From the NCBI GenBank assembly GCA_964019335.1, contig OZ025692.1, forward strand, positions 480,568 through 544,567: a stretch of DNA of 64,000 bases. Direction: 5' to 3'. The notes beneath the pieces were generated by a model. That model did not search any database and had not been told where the DNA came from. It saw only the letters and a program-made list of their open reading frames with translations. Shown piece by piece: positions 1 through 11,698 of the stretch. A program made the position numbers and the translations under genes. Numbering within the stretch: the stretch's first letter is position 1; the number at the start of each line of letters is the position of its first letter. The stretch comes from Diplonema japonicum (lineage: Eukaryota > Protista > Euglenozoa: Diplonemea).

Positions 1-303
1 AGCCATCGCGTACATGTGTTCTCGGTACCGCCGCACGACGTAGCCCAGAACGGATTCCAGTTCGTTTCTATTTTTTCGCAGCCCGCTTGTGTCCAACCAC
101 TTCCCTATGTTAAGGGGTTCTGTCACAACCACGTCGAGCAAGCCGCCCATTTCTAAATTGTACACAACTTCGAACTTAACAGGTGGTGAGATGTCCTTCG
201 ACTCCACCACCAACCTGTCCCACTCACTACCGTTATGCGACACCTTTTGCGAGACAGAGTACGGTCTGTACTGGGGAGACGCTTGAGGGGATGCTTCAGA
301 CAT
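1..303 (-). CDS. 5' part of an unknown protein, running off the left edge (MSEASPQASPQYRPY...)
   Basis: ATG at 303 is followed by 101 stop-free codons to position 1, with GC-balanced coding-like composition. An A-rich ...AAAAAG acceptor-like site lies just upstream. Absent from the ORF track because it has no stop in the window. Confidence 0.55.
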   Translation of the reverse strand, partial: MSEASPQASPQYRPYSVSQKVSHNGSEWDRLVVESKDISPPVKFEVVYNLEMGGLLDVVVTEPLNIGKWLDTSGLRKNRNELESVLGYVVRRYREHMYAMA

Positions 304-454
304 TGGTGGGTGCTTTTTTTTTTTTTGTGTTGTGTTGTGTATGGGGCACTTTTAGAAACATGAATTTCGTCCGGATATATTAAAATGCCAACACTTTTTC
401 TGAGCAAAAAAAAGGGGGGGGGGGCAGCATGCAACCATAGGTACCTGTTGCCGT

Positions 455-499
<45 letters not shown>

Positions 500-1099
500 C
501 AATTGCGAAGCTTGTTTGCCATGAGGGTGGCAGGCTTTGCAGCGGAAGCGGGGAAAAAAAGGGTCCAAAAAATGGCATAAAAATAATACGTGTGGCCCCT
601 CCCAAAAGATGTCAAGTATTCCACACACACCACTTTCCACCCCGTTGGCAGCATGTGGTTTGCACACGCATTTTAAAAATAAAACAAATGGCGCGCATTG
701 TGACCTACATGGTGTCCAAGCTTAGTCGGCCAGTCTGCACACAAAGTGGTGGTATCTAAAGGATCATTGTTGACATTTCTTTTTCCGGGCGAACTCATTT
801 AACTATTTTTACGTGGATAATTATAAAAAAAGAAGGGGGTGAATGAATAGACAGATGTGCGTAGTTTTAACTCGGGGGGGGGATAAAAATAAAAGTGCTT
901 ATAAAGCAGTGTGTTTTGCTTGGTTTTTTTTTTTTCATTTTTTTTTATTACAACAGGTGAAGGAGAGGTTTTCTTTTTGTTGGTTTCTTTTTTTTTTTTT
1001 TTTTTTTTTAAAGAAGAAGAAAATCAGACATTGGTAACCGAAATGGGTACTACGTGAAAAGATTTCCCTTTTTTTTTTTTTTTCTTTTATCTTCTTTTT

Positions 1100-2290
1100 T
1101 TATTATTTTATTTCACTCTTCAGAAATTACTTCACGCACTGGGGGGCCCTTACTTCACGCTAAATCTCATTACTTCACGGTGAAATAATGGCCTGTTTTC
1201 CGTGAAGTAATAGGGGGGTTTCCGTTAAATAATATGCCTCGGTAGGCCAATTTTTGGCTCGGTTCGGTTCCCAGTGGGGCTACTTTTTCCTCTCAGTTTG
1301 CTATTTCCCCCCAGGTTCAGCTCAATTGGCCAACTTTTGCCTCGGCTCAGTTCCAAGTTGGACTACTTTTTCCTCCCAATTTGCCCACTTTTGGCTAGGC
1401 CTTGTTCCCAGTTTCTGTGGGTAACTCTTCTGTGGGTAAGGGTAACTTAGTCAGCTTACCCAAGCACCCCAAAAGACTTCAAAATACCGAAGCAGCAGAA
1501 AAAAAGGAGCCAGCGGCCGCGCTAGGTATGGGAAGGCCTGATTAGAGATGGTGACAGTGGCAATGCCAGCGACAGCGGCAGCTCTTAGTCAACAAAAGGA
1601 GGAAAAACAACTTGTATTGTAACCTTTGTAACCCCTCTCTTGTTGTACCCCTTGTCACCCTGTTGTGCCCCTCGTGGTGAAGTAATTTCAGAGTGTCGTG
1701 AAATAAAACCACTTACCTACCGCCAAGTAATGCTTTACCGACCTCGAGGTAACGGTAAAGTCATTACTTGTAAATAGCTATTATTTCACTCTTCGTCATT
1801 TTCTTCACTCACTAGGGGCCTCATAATTTAACGCGAAACGGCCATAATTTAACTAGTTAAATTATGAGATTTTCGAGTTAAATTATGGGGCTTCAGAGTG
1901 AAAAAATGGGTCTTGTCGTGGAAATAAATGTACCCAACCCCTTGAAAAATCTTTTTGGGGACGGGGTATTTTGACTATTTTTGGCCATCTGAGGCCATTC
2001 CAGCCCTTAAAAGTGGGAATAAGTGCTTTACTTCCCCTTTAAATGCCACGGCGAAATAGCAACCCCATATTACCTTAGGAAAATCCCCAAAAAGGCTGAC
2101 CTGCGTGAAAAAAAACAGCAGTGAAATCAGTGAAGAGTGAGTGACTCAAATGACGAAGAGTGAAATAAAACGACTTACTTGCCGCCAAATGAGCCATTAT
2201 TTAACACTCGTTACTGTTTTTTTGCACGAGGGCCCGCAGGGAACTCGAGTTAAATAATGACTCATAATTTGTTGACAATAAATAGCTGTT
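1100..2290. repeat. Two adjacent degenerate MITE-like units of a dispersed family
   Basis: TTATTTCACTCTTC... starts at ~1108 and ~1782, with inverted counterparts at ~1675-1710 and 2149-2170 (AATGACGAAGAGTGAAATAA). 2160-2220 recurs inverted at ~13750-13830. Confidence 0.55.
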
Positions 2291-3446
2291 TATTTTATTT
2301 TTCTCCATTATTTCTCCCTTTTTTTTTGTTTTTGGCGTTGTCATTGAGGGGTGGGGGGGGTTTTTTTTTTCGTTCTGGCTGCGCGCACATCGATACAAAA
2401 AGAAATAGAAAGAAAAAAAGGGGAGGGGGGGGACGAGGGGAGTGAAAGCACCTAAAAACACAATAAAATTCTTACTAACAAATCTTCGCACGTAGAAAAG
2501 AAGAAGAGGCAGGGTACTCCACTACTCCCCTTTTTTTGTTGCTGATCCGGACTGGGGGAGGAATTGAATTACTGGCCCCCTACGTAAGAAAGAGTAGGGC
2601 ATGTGAGAACCATATTAAGGGACATGCATGACATTGTGGATAAATAATAAGAGAAGAGAAGAGAAGAGAAGGAGAATGGAAGGAAGAAGAAGGAGAGGGG
2701 GGGGAAAGAACGATAGTCTAGTATCTAGTGTGTCTTTCTATTTTCTCTTTCTCCCCCCCCCTTTTTTTTTCTTTTTTAAGTTACACCCTGCATCGTAAGG
2801 CTTAATTTTTACAATGGATTTGAAAGTATCGCATTCTTGTTCAAAGGGAGGTGACAAGGGGAAATATATAGTGAAGGGGAGAGGGGGGGAAAAAAATATT
2901 TAAAAATGCTGATACAAGTGAGTTAATTCAAAAGAAGAAGAAATTTATGTAGCTTCGAACCAACGAAGGTTCGCCGGCCACCAGGATCAGACAGGGAAAA
3001 ATCAAACTAATGTGACCGAGGTCTTAGGACCCCGCTCCTCCCTTTTAGCCCAACGAGACAAACACACAAGGCTAGCTTCACAGTTTATTTTTGTTTTTGT
3101 TTTTGTTTTTTTTATACAGAAGAAAAGAAAAAAGAATTCCCCCACTACTTTATTTCTTTCTTTTTTTTCTTCCTCACCCCCATATAGTCACCACCCAAGC
3201 AAAGCACGCAAACGTGGTTTGCGTCTTTTTCTTTTTTTTTTTTTTCTCTCTCATTTTTGCTTCCCCTTTTTATTCTACAAATAGGTAGGAAGGGGGGGGA
3301 GTCAGAACGAAAAATCAAATCAAAACCTTTTTTTTTCTTAACTAAAACTACAATAAGAAAGGGGGCTGAAAAAGGGGGGAAACAGTGAAATGAAGAGGGG
3401 GGGGGGGGGGGGGGAATCACACAAAAGATGATTGCCGCACGCCGTA

Positions 3447-6086
3447 CTAACGGTAGCCGTTGTAGGGCAGCAGGGGACTGCTGTGGTTGGCGTGCTCTGT
3501 GAAGGACCCGTTCGTCGAGTTCGTGAATGAAGTGGAATCTTGAGGCGGGCGTCGTGTGGAGGGGAAGCCTTGCGAGTCCTGCGACAACCTCCTCCCTAGG
3601 ACCTGTTTGAAGTCTCTACGCACGTTCCCTGGAGACAGCTCACACTGTGCGCAAAGCGGCTGGTGCTTGGTAGGCTTGAGCCCCGTGCAGTTCGGGCACA
3701 TGTGGTGGTAGCAATATGATCCCTCTGCTTCTCGAGTAGCAGTGCACCCCAGCGACTTGCACTGGTTCTCATGCACCGTGTATGAGCCCTGCCTCTTCGG
3801 CTTCGCTTTCTTCGGTGTGGCCACATCACCGTCCTCGCTGTCAGGCCAGTACTCCTTCAGGACAGGTTCTGTGCCCCGCCGCCTTGTAAGGTATGGGTTG
3901 GTTTTGTCATTCCGTCCTGCCTTTGGAGAGGCTTGTCGGACCGAGATGGGCATGTGCATAGGTGGCGGCGGTGGGGGTGGTGGGATATCCCCCGTCTGCG
4001 TGGCAATGGACACCATAGGCGGGGGCGCCTCACGTGTGTTGTTGCTGCTGTTGTCTTGTTGTTGGTGTCCTGCTTTGTCAAGCTTGACGCCCACCCTGTA
4101 CATCGTGGTCTGCATGTGATCAATCTTTGCTGACAAACTGTTCACAGACCGCGCCACGTTCTTCCCGCCATCTGGGTCGCGTGTTCTCAGCTTTCCTCTC
4201 ATGAACAACTTCAGAGCTAGCTCGGCATCTATGTACTCCCTCGAGGTGTCCAGCCACTCGCGCAGCGTGATGGTCATCATCTTTTTTTTGGTGTCTTCTT
4301 CGTTGTTCTTCTTCGCACCCGACATCTTCAGCAAGAGCAGCAGCACGCCCAGACGCTTCTCGCAGTAGTCGTGGTTGCGCATCTTGCAGAAGGGCACCGG
4401 CAGGCGGTCGACGTAGTTGATGAAATCCTTCTTCAACTGTCTGGGGGACCAGCCTTCTACCTGCGTCTTGTTGTTCTCCTGCACAGAGACGAAGGCGCCT
4501 GTGATAATAGCGAGAACCATGTTCAAGATGATCATCCATGTGATGATCATGAAAGTCGCCATGTAGAAGCCTGTCCAGTTAGGGTGGATCGCCTTCAGCT
4601 CGTCGTAGTACTGGTCCACCTCTGCGGAGATCAGCAGCCGCAGCAGGTACGCCATTGCAATCCACCATGAAGAGAAGTTCTGGTGGTCCACGCCGTAGAG
4701 GGCAGAGCCTCCTATCCCGTACCCCACGAGCACAATGATCAAGATCATGAGCATAGCTATCAGGTCTGCCTTTGCCTTGTACAGCGTCTCCGAGAGCACT
4801 CCTAGCCTGCCGTTGTACTGCAGGAACCTGAACAGCCTGACCCAAGCGAAGACTACAGCAATGCCGACGTAAGTGTTTGCTCTCTCGTATCTGAACCCAT
4901 AGTTGAAGAGCAGTGTGTACATCTCCTTGTCGTCTGCAGGCGGCTGCCCGTCGTGCAAATCTGGCCCGTCACGCCACAGCACCATCCTGTAGTAACAGGC
5001 GTGGATCAGGATAACTATGAACATCACGTCGTACGCATCGTACAGCCCCAGCCACACAGCGTAGTTCATCTGCCGCCGCCTGTAGATGGTAACGATGAGC
5101 CCTATGGCGAGCTGTGCGGTCAGCAGCACCATGATAACGTCTGCCACGAAGAGGTACCGAAAGTCGTGGGACGTCATGTGCAGTATCTCAAAGGGGTATG
5201 CCTTGAGGTTGGCGACGACGGAGCCTGTCGCGAAGAACTCAATGTAGAAGTGGTTGAGGGCAAAGGCGTCGATGCTGGGGTTGAAGGTCAGCACGTCGAT
5301 GATCACGCAGCGTGTGGCAGAGTCGATCCAGTTGTTCAGCTTCAGGAAACTGACATTTGACGATGCGTCTGCCTGCGACTGGCTGAGGGGGAAGGTGATG
5401 GTGAAGGCGTCCTCCGACGATGGGTACGTGTGGAACATGGTGTTCACCGACAGCACGTCGAGCTCAGACCCGTGCACCCAGTTGGGGGCACCGTACGCGT
5501 CTTTGCTCATCATGTCGATGTCCCACTCGCCGTAGCATTCATCGGGGAAGGAGAGGTGCATAGTGCCTTGGATGATGGAGGGCACCACGCACGCACCTGG
5601 TTTAACCCGGAACTGCCGCAGCAGGAGGTAGCCAATAGGGAAGTTTTGATTTTTCGACATGCGGGAGTTGCCATGTCCGTTGTCAAGGCTGAAGACAGCG
5701 ACAGCTAACTCGGAGTACCAGTCCCAGAAGGTGTCGACGTCGGAGACGTTCAGGAACTGGTTTGTAAACAGCTCCCTGCGGTTTGCGCTCTCCAGGTGGT
5801 AGAGCTCGTTGTACCGCTCGTTCGACAAGCGCGACATCCACGGGATGCTGGTGATGGTCGCCAGCAGGAACAGGTACAGCGGCAACACGCGATACGCCCT
5901 TGCCTTCTCAATGTCGAACCTCAGTACCCCTATCTGGGGCCACAGCCCTACCTCATCGTCAAGGTACAACCCAAGCGCCTCCACCTTGGGCATGATGCCC
6001 GCGTGCTCGTTCTCATCTTGCCCCTCGTCCAAAGGGGTCAACTCGATATCTTTCCCGAAGTCCTGAGAGCTGTCTAAGTGTAACAT
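3447..6086 (-). CDS. Polycystin-2 (PKD2/TRPP)-like cation channel
   Basis: 879-aa ORF with LRQFRV..C, WID..TR.V and FN.N-type extracellular (TOP) motifs, six hydrophobic segments, pore/S6 ILNMVLAII, and a Pro-rich, Cys-rich tail. Confidence 0.88.
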   Translation of the reverse strand: MLHLDSSQDFGKDIELTPLDEGQDENEHAGIMPKVEALGLYLDDEVGLWPQIGVLRFDIEKARAYRVLPLYLFLLATITSIPWMSRLSNERYNELYHLESANRRELFTNQFLNVSDVDTFWDWYSELAVAVFSLDNGHGNSRMSKNQNFPIGYLLLRQFRVKPGACVVPSIIQGTMHLSFPDECYGEWDIDMMSKDAYGAPNWVHGSELDVLSVNTMFHTYPSSEDAFTITFPLSQSQADASSNVSFLKLNNWIDSATRCVIIDVLTFNPSIDAFALNHFYIEFFATGSVVANLKAYPFEILHMTSHDFRYLFVADVIMVLLTAQLAIGLIVTIYRRRQMNYAVWLGLYDAYDVMFIVILIHACYYRMVLWRDGPDLHDGQPPADDKEMYTLLFNYGFRYERANTYVGIAVVFAWVRLFRFLQYNGRLGVLSETLYKAKADLIAMLMILIIVLVGYGIGGSALYGVDHQNFSSWWIAMAYLLRLLISAEVDQYYDELKAIHPNWTGFYMATFMIITWMIILNMVLAIITGAFVSVQENNKTQVEGWSPRQLKKDFINYVDRLPVPFCKMRNHDYCEKRLGVLLLLLKMSGAKKNNEEDTKKKMMTITLREWLDTSREYIDAELALKLFMRGKLRTRDPDGGKNVARSVNSLSAKIDHMQTTMYRVGVKLDKAGHQQQDNSSNNTREAPPPMVSIATQTGDIPPPPPPPPMHMPISVRQASPKAGRNDKTNPYLTRRRGTEPVLKEYWPDSEDGDVATPKKAKPKRQGSYTVHENQCKSLGCTATREAEGSYCYHHMCPNCTGLKPTKHQPLCAQCELSPGNVRRDFKQVLGRRLSQDSQGFPSTRRPPQDSTSFTNSTNGSFTEHANHSSPLLPYNGYR

Positions 6087-6317
6087 CGCATTTCAGTAAA
6101 GGGTGCTAGGTACCCTTCCTTCCTGTGTTCGGTGTGCTATTTTCGTTGGGAAAGAAATGCTGCCGGTAATAGCAACAAGCAAATAAAAAAGAAGGGGAAA
6201 AAAACAGAATAAAAAAGATAAAAAAAAAAGAAGAAGAAAAACAAAACCCCTCCAACTGTTATGCAAGCACGGCATACTCTTGCGGGACAGTAAAGGTGGG
6301 GTGTGTTGACCGTGCTC

Positions 6318-6432
6318 ATCTCGCTCCTGTCTACTCCAGGTGCTGACCTCTTCAGCGTGAGGTACTCCTCAATGCAGGTTGGAGAGTACCGTTCCCGCCC
6401 ACTATCCTCGCAATTGCACTGTAGACAAGACT
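6318..6432 (-). ncRNA. Candidate structured RNA (AGA/H-ACA-like hairpin)
   Basis: GC-balanced island in AT-rich intergenic DNA. Outer stem TCTTGTCTAC/GTAGACAGGA and inner stem GGTACTC/GAGTACC; AGA follows the outer stem. Confidence 0.3.
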
Positions 6433-6904
6433 AAGGTCCCTGTGGCTCCTGCGAGGAAAAAGAAAAAGAAAAATAGAAAACGAAGAAGACGAAGGAGAAG
6501 GGATAAGAGGAGAATTTTTGAAGGAGATTGTCAGCGACTGAAGGTGGCGTTATAAGCGCAACCCCATCACTTGCCCAATTGATCACGGGGGCACACCCAC
6601 CTAGATACTGATGCCTCGCGAGAAAGGGAAAAAGAAACAACTGAAAAGTGAAAGAAACAACAAAAAAAAAGAAAAAAAAACACAACAACATGAACAGTGT
6701 TTCTTTATCTTTCCTATATATTATTCCACAAAGTCAGTAGCTAAGCTGTACTATCCACGAAGCCCTTGCTGGCAGACAAGTCATGTGAGTGGAGGTCACT
6801 CCACGCACTGCAGTCTTGTATCGTAACCACAGAAGGCACTGTTCCGGCAAACACGAAGCGCAGACGACAGTGCGAGAGAGGTACAGGACAGGGCATTGAT
6901 GCAA

Positions 6905-8417
6905 TCAGGTTCTCTGCCGCACCCACCTGATGACGACCTGTGTTGTTTGCGTTGTGAAACCTCCATCATACCGGGGGTGGCTCCACCGTGGTCTTCCCCT
7001 TCCCTTTCATCTTCGCATGTCCCTTCAGCACCAATGGCTCTGATGACGACTCGGGGATTTGGTAAAGTGGTTCTTCTTCAGGTTCGGGCTCTGGCTCCGG
7101 CTCCGGCTCTGGCTCTGGTTTTGGCAGTGCTGGTAGAGGCTCCTCAGACTGCTCGGGATCCTTCTGGAAGTCCAGGTGCACCCATGCAGGGGGCCTTTCA
7201 TCGAGCGTCTCGTCCACATGCATGTGCTGCTCGTGCGTGTAGCGGATGAGGTAGTTGATGGCGTCGATGATGCCTGCGATGCCTTCGTACGCCTCGCTGC
7301 TGACAGGCGGTTTGGGAGGCGTGCGCATCACCACTGGCGGCGGCGGTGGCGACGGCTCCTGCCTCCTCCTCACCTTCCGCACAGGCTTCCCCCCAAGTAC
7401 GATTTTCTCCCTCCGCGTCTGCTCCTCTTCCTTTGGTTCTGTCCGGAGAACAAGCGGCTGGAAGTCGTCCTCCATAGGCCAGCCTGTGATGGGCTCGTCA
7501 CGTGTGAAGAGAGCGTCTTTGTCCACCTTCTCCCTTTCTTTCTCTCTCCTGCTGCTCTTCACTTGGTGCTCCTGAAGAATAGGGGCCGCGTACGGGGTCG
7601 CAGCGGTGCCGTTGGTGCGAAGACGGTGCCCGGCACCGGAGTTCCAAGGGGCGGGGTTGGCAGCTGGGGCCACTGGCTGTGGCTTGGCGACGATTCGGCG
7701 GCGGGAGGAGCTGAGAGAGCGTGTCGCGGCAGGGGGTTGTGTGTGGTGTTGCGAGGGGGCACTACTGCTGCGGCGGTAGGCAGTTGAGGGTTGAGTCACA
7801 GTAGCTGCAAAGTGCGGGCGGTGCTCATCCCGTGATGGCTCTGCCTGTGCCTGTGGCTGTGGCTGTGGCTGTGCCTGTGGCTGTGGCTGTGGCTGTGGCT
7901 GTGGCTGTGGCTGTGGCTGTGCCTGTGCCTGTGGCTGTGGCTGTGGCTGTGCCTGTGGCTGTGGCTGTGGCTGTGGCTGTGGCTGTGGCTGTGGCTGTGC
8001 CTGTGGCTGTGGCTGCAGTCGAGGCTGGGACTCCACCGCCGCCGCTTTCGTGAAGGCGGCTTGATCTGGAAGCTCAACTTCTCGCTCTACCAACTCAATT
8101 CTCTCTCTTCTCTGCTCGGGGGACGCGTTCCTGAGGGACATGGGGTACCGCCTCTGCAGCGCAAGGGACAGATCCCTTCTTTTAGTGACACGCTTCACAG
8201 GACCGTACCCATTGCGCTCGTCTTCCTCGACAGTGAGCGACAGGGAGCGGAAGCCGCTACCCGTCTGCGCCATTTGATCATCACTGGGGGGGACCTCTTG
8301 CTTGGCCCACTTCATAGCCCACTCTCCCGTCCCCACCTTTCTCGGTTTATTCGAGGTGTACCCCATTGCCGCCAGTGCCTTCATGCTCCCTTGCGCATCT
8401 TGCTCGGTGTCCCCCAT
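6905..8417 (-). CDS. Low-complexity Gln/Pro-rich protein of unknown function; probable intron 6938-6971
   Basis: Long ORF from MGDTEQ with (QP)n and (EP)n tracts. A 34-nt GTATGA...ACACAG intron would add VVIRWVRQRT*. Confidence 0.65.
7844..8016. repeat. Coding microsatellite (TGTGGC/TGTGCC)n encoding Gln-Pro/Gln-Ala
   Basis: Direct hexamer tandem repeat. Confidence 0.95.
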
Positions 8418-8995
8418 GAATGCACTGGAGGGAAGGGTTGTTTGCACAAAACAACAAATGTAATAAAACAATAAAACAAAAAGAAAAAACTCTCATCACA
8501 AGGTGTGAGGGGATAGAGAATTGAACAGTAAAGAAGAAGAATGTGAGGGGAGGGGTTATGGGGAAAAGGGAGAAGGGGAGGTTTTTTTTTAAAAAGGGAT
8601 TCCTTGTTAATGGGGTGGGTGGATAGAGAAGTGGGAAGGGGTCGAAAATAAGAAAAGGGGGGGGATAAAATAAAAGCACACTGTAAAAAATACCCTTCCC
8701 TCCCTTCCCTTCCCCCCCTCCCACCCGCCCCTTTGTTATGTAAATACCGGTTATTACTGTACTATGTGTAAAAACAAACAAAAAAAGATCTTTAAAATTT
8801 AATTCGCCCCCACTTCCCATATCCATGAAAATAACCTCTAAGGGGAACAAACCCCCCTGCTTATTTTGCCTCTTTTTTTTCTTCTTCGTCGTTTTTCTTT
8901 ACCACACTTTGGTCTCTATTTGAAATAAAATTTAAAAAAAAAAAAAAGGAAATCTATGGAAGAAGAAAAAAATAGCTCGCCCCCTCCCCCATCGC

Positions 8996-10238
8996 CTAAC
9001 GGTAAAATTCAAAATCGTCCGTCTTTCTCTTCACGTGGCGCTGGTAGGCCTTTTCGAAGTCCCGTGCGAGAATAACGTATCTGTTCTTGCGCACAGCTTG
9101 CATGCCTGCTTCCTGGCAAATGGCGTGGATCATCGCACCCGCCAGCTTGTCAGGGCGTGTAACGAAGTCTTCAAGGTCCACCTCGTCAGCAAGAGACATC
9201 TTACCAGTGCACACCTTTTTTTTTTTTTTTTTTTTTTTTTCTTTTCTTGATATAAAGTAATACCTGGAAAATCAGTCGCTTTGACCTTCTGTCTGGGAGA
9301 GGGAACTCAATCTTTCTGTCCAGCCTTCCGGGTCTCATGAGGGCGGGGTCGAGGGTGTCCCACCTGTTGGTTGCCATGATGACCTTGACGTTCTCCGTCT
9401 GGTCGAACCCGTCCATCTGGTTGAGCAGCTCCAGCAAGATACGCTGCACCTCACGGTCGGCACCGGTCTGCGCGTCGAAACGTTTTGTAGCAATGGAATC
9501 GACCTCATCGATGAAGACAATGGACGGTGCGTTCTCCTTCGCCAGACGGAACACGTCCCTCACCATACGCGGGCCCTCCCCTAAGTACTTCTGGACGAAC
9601 TCTGACCCGACAACACGGACAAACGCAGCATTGGTGTGATGAGCAACTGCCTTAGCAAGCATGGTCTTACCGGTACCGGGTGGGCCGTACATGAGCACGC
9701 CCCTTGGGGGGTCGATACCAATCTGGCGGTACAGCTCACCGTGGGTTAGAGGGAGTTCAACAGCCTCTCGCATCTCTTGCTTCTGGATGTCGAGCCCACC
9801 TATGTCAGCGTATGTCACGTCTGGCTTGTCGCCAGCAGCGAGCAATGAGATGGACGCGTCTGACTCAGATGGGAGGATGGCAACACATGCGTTGCTCTGT
9901 TTGTGAAGCCCAATACTGCTGTTTGGCTTTAACTGTTCTCTGTCCAATGTGGAGAGAACCCTGACATAGTAGTTGGGGCCGTTTGTGCTGCCCACGATGC
10001 CCCTTTGCTGGTCGATCATCTCGACGAACTGCCCCACGACAAGGGGGACGGACTGTATCTTCTTCACCTCTTGCTTGGCTGCGAGCTCTTCTTTCATCAG
10101 TTGCTTCGTCTCTATCTTGCAGATCAACGTCTTTAAATCGATTGTGGCTTGATTTTTAACTAACTTCATGTAATCAGTATAACACCCTTCCCTCGACACC
10201 ATCGGTATCCTGTCCTTGTCCCCCTCGTCGCCTGACAT
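8996..10238 (-). CDS. RPT3: 26S proteasome AAA-ATPase subunit Rpt3 (6B); intron 9215-9263
   Basis: [37 protein letters not shown] and C-terminal ...FEFYR. A 49-nt GT-AG intron joins ...RLIFQ|VCTGKM. Confidence 0.95.
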
Positions 10239-11569
10239 CTTTGTCCCGAACCCTGTCGTTGTGTTGTGATGAGGGGAACGGGTGAAGGGGGAAACAAAAC
10301 AAAAGGTTGTGAAACGCAAGTTTTTTTTTTGGGGGGGAAGGGGTCCATTTTCTTTCCCCCTTCCTCACCTTTTGTTCAGAATTTTGATTAAGTTTTTAAT
10401 TGACGGTTTCTCTCTCTCTCTCTCTCTTCTCCCCTTATTAGTTGTCTGTTTCCTTTCCCCTCCCATCCTTTAAAAAGAAAAGAAAAAATTCAAGGGGGGA
10501 CGCTTTCAACGAAAGTTGTAAGGAAGCATTTTTTTATTATTATTTTTCCACCACAGTGAAGTACGATTTAGAGGTGTGTAGTGTTTTCTTAGGTTACCAC
10601 CACTTCGGTAGGAGGCAAACATCGTTGATGGGATGCTAAAGCGCTAATACGCAACTCTGCTTACATTACTTCTTTTTTTTTTATTTTATTTTTTTTCTCG
10701 TTCAGTGTCCTCTCCCCCCCCCCCCTTTTTATACGTACACAGTTTCCCTCATCCCCCTTTTTGTTCCTTCCTTTTTCCCCCCCTGCTTTTTTTCGTGGGG
10801 AAAAAAAAGTCCTCAGGAAAAAAAAAGGGGGGGGAGGAGGGTGAATGGAAAAAAAAACTGAAACGTGTCCCCCCATTGTCTCCCTCGATATTTCTGTTTC
10901 TCTTTTGCCCAACATATCACTGCATTAAGATTGCATTTGAAAAAAGGGGGGAAAAAAAGGGGGGGGGAGGAGAAAAAAAATGGAGGAGGGGAATAAAGCC
11001 CCGTGGCAACACCACCTTTCCTCAACTGCTTAAGTTCAGCGTCGGTAAAAGCGACTGGTCTGAAGCTTTACTTAGCATGGACTGATATTCTTTTTTTTTT
11101 TTTTTTTTTTTTTGATTTCTTTTTTTTTTTTTTTTGATTTCTAGGGGGAAGGGGGGGAAATGATCTTCAGACCAAACCTCCGTTGGGAAGAGGCTTTCTC
11201 CTAAAAACAAAAAGAAAAAGGAACAAAAAAAAAAAATAAACATAAGTTTACAAAAAAAAGAAGAAAAAAAAATGTCAAAAACACAGGGTGAGAAGGAAGA
11301 CAGTGTGACTTGGCGCCAAGCGTGAAAAGCGGCCACACACTTACACACCACAGCTTGTCGAACTGCAAACACCACCAGCTGCATAGTCCGACTAGAAGGC
11401 AACGGCACGACTCTTGAATCCGCCGACAAAGGGAAGGAAAGAAGGAACGACAGGGAACAATCAAAAACACCATAATGAGCTCACAACGAGGGACGACAAG
11501 ATGACACAAGACAGGTTGGCACCACGAGCACGGTGCACGGGCGGTAAGTCGGCACTGCACTGCTCAGCA

Positions 11570-11664
11570 TTATATGCTCTCAGCGTATGCACAAAGGGTA
11601 CGGAAGACCGGCAAGCAAATAGCACTCCCTGCGCTCATCCGTATCGCACAAGGTACAAAACCCT

Positions 11665-11698
<34 letters not shown>

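Noticed and set aside
2945-3060. Possible tRNA/SINE (GGTTCGAAGC on the minus strand)
   Set aside because: The A box is weak, no cloverleaf folds, and there is no second copy in the window.
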